64,000 nt of DNA, taken from assembly GCA_046597055.1 (NCBI GenBank), contig JBKJLC010000283.1, positions 1 to 64,000 on the forward strand, in the 5' to 3' direction. Below, piece after piece: positions 57,811-64,000 of this stretch (its first letter is position 1; each line of letters opens with the position of its first letter). The notes beneath the pieces were generated by a model that was not told the DNA's origin, ran no database searches, and was given only the letters and a program-made list of their open reading frames with translations. This DNA is from Kofleriaceae bacterium (GTDB lineage: Bacteria; Myxococcota_A; Polyangia; Haliangiales; Haliangiaceae). The position numbers were made by a program, and so were the translations under genes.

Positions 57811-58683
57811 CTAGCCCTTCACCGCGCCCGCGGTGAGGCCGCCGACCAGGTACTTCTGCAGCACGTAGAACAGCGCCATGACCGGCAGACTGGTGACGAT
57901 CGCGCCGGCGGCGAACCGGCCCCAGTCGGCCGAGAACTGACCGACCGACGACTGCAGCAGCACCGGGAGCGTGTACTTGCCCTCGTCGGTCAGGAAGGTC
58001 GACGCCATGATGAACTCGTTCCACGCGGTCATGAACGAGAACAGCGCGGTGACCGCGATGCCGGGGCGGGCCAGCGGCAACACGATCGTGAAGAAGATCC
58101 GCGCCGGCCCGGCGCCGTCGACCCGGGCCGCCTCGAGCAGCTCGCGCGGCAGCCCGTCGAAGTAGCCCTTGAGGGTCCACACGCAGAACGGGATCGCGGT
58201 GGTCGAGTACACCAGCACCAGCCCGGTCAGCGAGTTGAGCAGGCCCAGCCGGTGCAGCAGCACGTAGAGCGGCAGGATGAGCAGCGACGCCGGAAACATC
58301 TGGACCACCAGGAAGGTCGTCAGCGCGGTGCGCCGGCCCGGGAAGCGGAACCGCGACAGCGCGTAGGCCGCGGTGCACGCCAGGATGATGCCGACGATGG
58401 TGGTCGCGATCGCGACCGCGATGCTCGCCAGCGCGTGGTGCACGAACGCGAGCTCGCCGCCGGCGCCGCGCGCGCCGAGCAGGCCGCGGAAGTGATCGAG
58501 CGTGAGCGCCTCGGGCACCGGCGACGCCGACAGCGCGAACTGCCGTCCCGGCTCGAAGGCCTTCTTCACCACCAGCAGCACCGGGTACAGCACCACCGCG
58601 GTCGCGATCGCGAGTGCCAGGTAGACCAGCGTCATCGTGTACCAGCGCGGCCCCGCGCGGCCCGCGCGCGCCGGGCCGCTCAT
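57811..58683 (-). CDS. malG: sugar ABC transporter permease (MalG-like)
   Basis: AAYALSRFRFPGR, QMFP, LKGYFDGLPRELLEAARVDGA and GGLTAGAVKG. Confidence 0.82.
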   Translation of the reverse strand: MSGPARAGRAGPRWYTMTLVYLALAIATAVVLYPVLLVVKKAFEPGRQFALSASPVPEALTLDHFRGLLGARGAGGELAFVHHALASIAVAIATTIVGIILACTAAYALSRFRFPGRRTALTTFLVVQMFPASLLILPLYVLLHRLGLLNSLTGLVLVYSTTAIPFCVWTLKGYFDGLPRELLEAARVDGAGPARIFFTIVLPLARPGIAVTALFSFMTAWNEFIMASTFLTDEGKYTLPVLLQSSVGQFSADWGRFAAGAIVTSLPVMALFYVLQKYLVGGLTAGAVKG

Positions 58684-60263
58684 GGCGCGTCCTCCTTGCG
58701 CGTGACCCGGGTGCCGAACACCGTCCACAGGAGCAGGATCAAGAAGATGATCGTGCCCATCGCGGCCGCCATGCCGTAGCGCTCGCCGCGTTCGAACGCC
58801 CACCGGTACGCATCGGTGACCAGGATGTCGGTCGAGCCGCCCGGCTTGCCGCCCGACACCAGGAAGATCACGTTGAACATGTTGAAGGTCCAGATCGACC
58901 CCAGGATCACCGCCGGGCCCAGCGCCGGCCGCAGGTGGGGCAGGGTGATGTGGACCAGGCGCTGCCACGCGCTGGCCCCGTCGACCTCGGCCGCCTCGTA
59001 CAGATCGCGCGGGATCGACTCGAGCGCGCCGAGCGCGACCACCATCATGAACGGGAAGCCGAGCCACGTGTTGGTGGCGACGTTGGCCGCGAACGCGGTC
59101 GCCCACGACGAGAACCACGACACGCCGTCGAGGCCGAACCCCTCGAGCAGCGAGTTGATCGCGCCGTACTCGCCCTGGAACATGCCCTTCCAGATCAGCG
59201 CGGTGATGTAGTTGGGGATCGCCCACGGCACCACCAGCAGTACCCGGAACAGACCCTTGCCGCGCAGCCACGGCTGCCGCAGCGCCAGCGCCAGCGAGGT
59301 CCCGATCAGGACGTGGAGCACGACGTTGGCGCCGGTCCACAGCACCGTGACGCCGAGGATGAACCAGAAGTTCAGCGGGTCGTCGAAGGCGCGGCCGTTG
59401 CCGGTCAGGATGCGCCCGAAGTTGGCGAACCCGACGAACGACCAGCGGCCGTGCTCGTGGTCGTAGAAGCCGATCAGGAGCCCGACCACGAACGGGATCA
59501 CGACCAGCACGATCATCGCGACCGCGGCCGGCGCCAGGAACGACAGCGCGACCCGGTGGGCGCGCACCGCGGCCCCGAACCGCTCGGTGCCGCCGCGGGC
59601 GTGGGCGACCGCGGTCACCAGCGCGACCCCCAGCGCGCACCCGGCCAGCGGCCAGCCGCTCCACATGGCGGCCGGCACCGCCAGCAGCGCCAGCGACACG
59701 CCGACCCCGAGCGCGCCGCGGCCGGTGACCGCGCCGGCCGCGGCCACCACCGCGCCCAGCCCGACCAGCCCGATCACGACCAGCCACGGAAACCGCTGCG
59801 GTCCGCCGGGCTCACCGGTCACCGCGATGGCGGCGCCGCGGGCGGTGGCGACCGCCGCGACCGCGCGACCGCTGCCGTCGTGCAGCATCTCGGCGAACGG
59901 GCCGGTCGTCTCGAACCGGGTCGCGGCGTCGTAGAGCAGCTTGTCGGCGGCGGGCGCCACCGGGCCACCGAGCCGTCGCTCGCCGGTCGCCTCGACCAGC
60001 CGTCGCTGCGGCAGGTAGGGGTGACCCGGCGTCGGCGTCGCCGGGCTGACCACCCCGGCGGCCGCGGTCGCCCACAGCGGGGTGGCGCCGGCGGCGACCG
60101 CGTGGGCCGCGGCCTGGGCCCGACCCAGCTCGCGCGCGGTCAGCTCGCGGTTGCGCATCCGCACGAACGCGGCGAGCAGCACGATCCAGACGATCAGCGC
60201 CGCCACGCTGGCGTCGCGGAGCGCCGCACGCAGCGGCGGTCGCGGCGGGCTCACCAGGATCAC
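58680..60263 (-). CDS. malF: sugar ABC transporter permease (MalF-like) with extended N-terminus
   Basis: GTGA overlap; LVVPWAIPNYITALIW, WLGFPFMM, SIPRDLYEAAEVDGA and WTFNMFNVIFL. Confidence 0.8.
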   Translation of the reverse strand: MILVSPPRPPLRAALRDASVAALIVWIVLLAAFVRMRNRELTARELGRAQAAAHAVAAGATPLWATAAAGVVSPATPTPGHPYLPQRRLVEATGERRLGGPVAPAADKLLYDAATRFETTGPFAEMLHDGSGRAVAAVATARGAAIAVTGEPGGPQRFPWLVVIGLVGLGAVVAAAGAVTGRGALGVGVSLALLAVPAAMWSGWPLAGCALGVALVTAVAHARGGTERFGAAVRAHRVALSFLAPAAVAMIVLVVIPFVVGLLIGFYDHEHGRWSFVGFANFGRILTGNGRAFDDPLNFWFILGVTVLWTGANVVLHVLIGTSLALALRQPWLRGKGLFRVLLVVPWAIPNYITALIWKGMFQGEYGAINSLLEGFGLDGVSWFSSWATAFAANVATNTWLGFPFMMVVALGALESIPRDLYEAAEVDGASAWQRLVHITLPHLRPALGPAVILGSIWTFNMFNVIFLVSGGKPGGSTDILVTDAYRWAFERGERYGMAAAMGTIIFLILLLWTVFGTRVTRKEDAP

Positions 60264-61483
60264 CTGGGATCCTCGCCGAACGAGCGCAGCTCGGCGGCGG
60301 CGCGGTCGAGCGCCTCGGCCGGCGACGCGCCCCCGATCACCACGCTGGCCAGCGCGTTCTTGTAGGGCGTCCACACCGCGCGCATCAGCGGCACCGCCGG
60401 CATCGGCACGGTGTGCTCGAGCTGGCGACGGAACGCGCCCAGCACCGCGTCGTCGGCGAGCGCGCCCTGGTATGCGCGCAGGTTGGGCACCACCTGGCGA
60501 GCGCGCACGGCGCGCGCGGCCGCCGACGCGTCGTCGGCCAGGGCCAGCATCACCGCGATCGCCGCGTCCTTGTCGCGGGCCCGCGCCGACATCAGCACGC
60601 CCTCGGCGCCGAGGAAGGGCGCCGCCGGTCGGCCGGTCGCCGACACCACCGGCAGGGTCGTGACCTGCCAGGGCACGCCGGCCTCGATGTCGCCCTGGAA
60701 CCACGGCCCCGACATCGCCATGGCGGCCTTGCCCTCGTTGAACAGGGTCGCGGTGAGCGCCACGTCGGCGTCGCGCGGGACCACCTCGCGGGCGACCAGC
60801 TCGCGGGCGAACCCGGCCGCCGCCACCGCCGCCAGGGTCGCCAGCTGCGGCGCGCCGTCGCCGTCGAGGCTGACCCCGCCGAACCCGTGCAGCCACGGCG
60901 CGTGGCCGTAGAGATCGTCGACCGGGTAGGCCAGCGGGAAGATGCCGCGCGCGCGCAGCCCGGGCGCCATCGCCAGCAGCTCGTCGGTGGTGCGCGGCGG
61001 CGACGCGACCAGGTCGGTGCGCACGTACAGCGCCAGCGACTTCACCGCCAGCGGCAGGCCGAACAGCGAGCCGCGGTAGGCCATCGCCGCGATCGCGTCG
61101 GGCGCGTAGCGACCGGCGGTCGGCTCGTCGATCCAGAACTCGATCGGCTCGAGCAGCCCCGACGCGACCCAGTCGCCGATCCGGTCGTGCGAGTACACGA
61201 ACAGATCGGGGCCGTTGCCGTTCGGGATCGCGCTCGTGATCTTGTCGGCGAAGGCGTCGTAGGGCACCGCCACCAGGCGAACGGTGCGCTCGGGATGGGC
61301 CTGGTTCCAGCCGGCCACCACCTCCTCGAGCGCGAGCCGCTCGTCGCCGCCATAGGCGTGCCACAGCGTGACCGCCTCGCCGCCGTCCCGGCCGCAGCCG
61401 ACCAGCGCCAGCACGGTCGCGACGATCCACGCCGCCACGGCTCGTCCGGTTCCCGGACGCACGCGATCGGCCGCCTGGTTCAA
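60260..61483 (-). CDS. malE: sugar ABC transporter substrate-binding lipoprotein (MalE-like)
   Basis: TTG start overlapping the upstream stop (uncertain); LVGC lipobox; VTLWHAY, GNGPDLFVYSHDRIG, FNEGKAAMAMSGPW and PMPAVPLMRAVW. Confidence 0.8.
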   Translation of the reverse strand: MNQAADRVRPGTGRAVAAWIVATVLALVGCGRDGGEAVTLWHAYGGDERLALEEVVAGWNQAHPERTVRLVAVPYDAFADKITSAIPNGNGPDLFVYSHDRIGDWVASGLLEPIEFWIDEPTAGRYAPDAIAAMAYRGSLFGLPLAVKSLALYVRTDLVASPPRTTDELLAMAPGLRARGIFPLAYPVDDLYGHAPWLHGFGGVSLDGDGAPQLATLAAVAAAGFARELVAREVVPRDADVALTATLFNEGKAAMAMSGPWFQGDIEAGVPWQVTTLPVVSATGRPAAPFLGAEGVLMSARARDKDAAIAVMLALADDASAAARAVRARQVVPNLRAYQGALADDAVLGAFRRQLEHTVPMPAVPLMRAVWTPYKNALASVVIGGASPAEALDRAAAELRSFGEDPR

Positions 61484-62559
61484 AGCCGCAGCTCCGACCG
61501 GGCGTCGAACCAGTGCACCGCCCGCGGGTCGAGGTACATCGTCACCGGATCGCCGGGGCGCCCCGGGGTCCGCGCGTCGGCGCGCACGGTGACCTCGCCG
61601 GCGGGCGACGCGATGTGCAGCACGACCTCGGCGCCCAGCATCTCGCGCAGCTGGACCGCGCCGGTCAGCGCGATCCGGTCGGCGCGCCGCTCGAGCCCGA
61701 TGTCCTCGGGGCGGATGCCGACCACCACGTCGGCGCCGCCGTCGACCTCGCCGGGCACCGGCACCGCGAAGCCGTGGCCGCGGGCGGTGCGCGCGCCGTT
61801 CGCGCCGTCGACCGCCGCGGTCAGGAAGTTCATGGTCGGCGTGCCGAAGAACCCGGCGACGAACCGGTTGGCCGGCTGCTGGTAGATCTCCATGGGCGTG
61901 CCGACCTGCTGCAGGGTGCCGCCGTCGAGCACCACGATGCGGTCGGCCAGCGTCATTGCCTCGATCTGATCGTGGGTGACGTACAGCGAGGTCGCGGTCG
62001 ACTCGGCGTGGACCCGCGCGATCTCGCGGCGCATGTCGCCGCGCAGCTTGGCGTCGAGGTTCGACAGCGGCTCGTCGAACAGGAACACCTTGGGCCGGCG
62101 CACCACCGCGCGGCCGATCGCGACCCGCTGGCGCTGACCGCCGGACAGCGCCTTGGGCCGGCGCTCGAGGTACGGCTCGATGTCGAGGCTGCGGGCGACC
62201 TCCTCGACCCGGGCCTTGATCTCGGCCTCGGGCAGCTTGCGGATGCGGAGCGCGAACGCCAGGTTCTCGAACACGCTCATGTGCGGGTAGAGCGCGTAGC
62301 TCTGGAACACCATCGCGATGTCGCGCTGGGCCGGCTGGACCTGGGTGACGTCGCGGCCGTCGATGAGGACCTGGCCCTCGGTCGGCTCCTCGAGCCCGGC
62401 CACGATGCGCAGCGTCGTCGACTTCCCGCAGCCCGACGGGCCGACCAGCACCACCAGCTGTCCGGACGCGAATGTCAGATCGAGCCGGTCGAGCGCCGGC
62501 CGGCTGGCGCGCGCACCCTCGTACAGCTTCCGGATGCCCTGCAGTCGGACCTCGCTCAT
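61480..62559 (-). CDS. malK: sugar ABC transporter ATP-binding protein (MalK/UgpC-like)
   Basis: GPSGCGKSTT, MVFQSYALYPHM, LSGGQRQRVA, FLFDEPLSNLDAKLR and YVTHDQ. Confidence 0.88.
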   Translation of the reverse strand: MSEVRLQGIRKLYEGARASRPALDRLDLTFASGQLVVLVGPSGCGKSTTLRIVAGLEEPTEGQVLIDGRDVTQVQPAQRDIAMVFQSYALYPHMSVFENLAFALRIRKLPEAEIKARVEEVARSLDIEPYLERRPKALSGGQRQRVAIGRAVVRRPKVFLFDEPLSNLDAKLRGDMRREIARVHAESTATSLYVTHDQIEAMTLADRIVVLDGGTLQQVGTPMEIYQQPANRFVAGFFGTPTMNFLTAAVDGANGARTARGHGFAVPVPGEVDGGADVVVGIRPEDIGLERRADRIALTGAVQLREMLGAEVVLHIASPAGEVTVRADARTPGRPGDPVTMYLDPRAVHWFDARSELRL

Positions 62560-62575
62560 GAAGCACCGGCGGAGA

Positions 62576-62588
62576 GCAAGCGCCTTGC
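62576..62588. promoter_or_regulatory. possible LacI-family operator upstream of the sugar ABC operon
   Basis: Imperfect palindrome GCAAGCGCCTTGC, 16 nt upstream of the malK ATG. Confidence 0.25.
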
Positions 62589-62865
62589 CATGGCTGGAAG
62601 TTACATGGTTGCGAAGAGTTGCGGCCACGAACGGCCCGACCATCGTTGCGAATGGCAACGGCCCGACGACCAGCGTCGGACTCGCGGACACGACAGCCAC
62701 GTCGCGGTCGCCCCGGCGGCCCGGGCGTGAGTCTTTTGCACCGGCCGCTGGGACGGCCTCACATTTCCGTGGCGGTACCTGGTCGCCGGCTCGGGCTTCT
62801 CACGGCTTACGGGCGACTCGGACGGTTCCGGACCACGGCACGCCGGTTGCTCTCGGTTCGCGTCC

Positions 62866-63750
62866 ATGCGCCGACCCTCGCTCGTGCTCGCGCCGCTCGC
62901 CTTGCTCGTCCTCCCCACGATGGCCGCCGCGCAGTCGGCCGGGCCCGGCACGGTGCCGGTGGCGGCGGTGCCGGCCATGCCGGTGGGACCCGGCGCGACG
63001 CCGGTGATGGTGGCGCCAGCCGAGCCCACGCCGCCGCGGGTCGGGCTCGATCGCCGGGTCGCCGAGGACGCCGCGGTCGACCGCGCCTTTGCCGCACCGA
63101 CGGCGCTGATCGCCCCGCGCGGCACGTGGACCCTGACCGTGCGCGCCCCGGTCGGCCCGGTGGTCAACGGCCAGATCAGCTACGCGATCAGCGACCGGCT
63201 CGAGCTCGGCCTCGGCACGGTGCTCGTGGCGGCGGAGGAGACCAGCGTCACCTCGCTCCATGCCAAGTTGCAGCTGTGGCGCTCGTCGCGGGCGGCCCTG
63301 GCCGCCTCCCTCGATCTCTACACGGTGCGCGACGCCTACGAAGAGAATCAGCTGCTGATGCCGTCGCTGGTCGCGAGCTTCTGCGCCGGTGGCGCCGCGT
63401 GCCGCACGCTCGTCAACCTGCACCTGACCGGGCTGGCAGCGGCCGGCGAGGACCAGGTGCCGGTGCTGCCCGGCGTCTCGATCGTCACCGGCGGCCGGAC
63501 CCAGCTGGTCGGCGAGGCCCACCTCTTCAATGACGAACAGAGCGAGGCGAGCTTCCTGACCGGCTACCTCGGGCTGCGCTGGCTGAGCGGCCGCTTCGCG
63601 GTCGAGGGCGGCCTCGGCTTCTACGCCGACCTGTCGACCGAGGCGATCAACTACGCCGACTGCCCGGCAGATTATTGCCAGTACGAGGACGACACGGTCG
63701 ACCCCGAGGTCGTGCCGTGGCCGTTCGTCGGCGTGTCGGCCCGGCTGTAA
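62866..63750 (+). CDS. secreted / outer-membrane beta-strand-rich hypothetical protein
   Basis: Signal peptide ending MAAA-Q; alternating beta pattern; C-terminal WPFVGVSARL. Confidence 0.72.
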   Translation: MRRPSLVLAPLALLVLPTMAAAQSAGPGTVPVAAVPAMPVGPGATPVMVAPAEPTPPRVGLDRRVAEDAAVDRAFAAPTALIAPRGTWTLTVRAPVGPVVNGQISYAISDRLELGLGTVLVAAEETSVTSLHAKLQLWRSSRAALAASLDLYTVRDAYEENQLLMPSLVASFCAGGAACRTLVNLHLTGLAAAGEDQVPVLPGVSIVTGGRTQLVGEAHLFNDEQSEASFLTGYLGLRWLSGRFAVEGGLGFYADLSTEAINYADCPADYCQYEDDTVDPEVVPWPFVGVSARL

Positions 63751-63815
63751 GGAGCCGTACCCACCGGCCTCCTTGCGCGGCCGGCGTGCGGGATGCTACG
63801 ACCGTTGACCCCCGC

Positions 63816-64000
63816 ATGAAGCGCCGCTCGAAGTCCGCGCCCCGGTCGGGCGGCCTCTGGCCGCGGAAGCGCCGGCGTGCGCTGCCGGCGGGTGGCGGCT
63901 CGGTCGATCTGCTGGCCGGTCCCCAGCCGCACGCGGCCGAGAACAACCCGCGGGTGGTCGGCTCGGGCGAGCAGGCCTTCCAGCGCATCGTCGAGCGGGT
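63816..64000 (+). CDS. 5' part of a gene running off the window; weakly phospholipase D/cardiolipin synthase-like
   Basis: ATG 63816 is open to the end. ...ENNPRVVGSGEQAFQRIVERV resembles PLD-family N-termini, but no HKD motif is visible within the window. Confidence 0.4.
   Translation, partial: MKRRSKSAPRSGGLWPRKRRRALPAGGGSVDLLAGPQPHAAENNPRVVGSGEQAFQRIVER

Overview
A very GC-rich bacterial window, probably from Myxococcota. That placement is an inference from the myxobacterial-type Cys-rich repeats, the kinase-STAND-TPR proteins and the many lipoproteins. The backbone genes are an FGE-family lipoprotein, a PQQ sugar dehydrogenase, a BtuF-like binding protein, polA, a TPR-zincin / GAF-GAF histidine kinase / Gld-like ABC / DUF4340 cluster, a peptide ABC cluster, DUF1428, two tandem Ser/Thr kinase-ATPase-TPR paralogs plus a shrunken third copy, CotH, an ice-binding-domain protein, a DNRLRE-GSDH-diheme protein and a maltose-type ABC operon. 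The most interesting part is an ~18.8-kb island (7610-26441). It is bounded by a 13-bp direct repeat with arm-type-like 11-bp repeats just inside both ends, and I found no integrase in it. It carries a tightly coupled five-gene minus-strand operon of very large uncharacterised proteins: a frameshifted lead gene with a caspase/DUF4347-like His-Gly...Cys motif, a DUF6603-like protein, and proteins of 939, 1417 and 584 aa. Its right end abuts a 156-nt nested hairpin. A second notable feature is a conserved leaderless 8-codon upstream ORF whose stop codon overlaps the GTG start of both full-length kinases. I recognised no rRNA, tRNA or CRISPR array. Family assignments come from motif recognition by eye, not from database searches.
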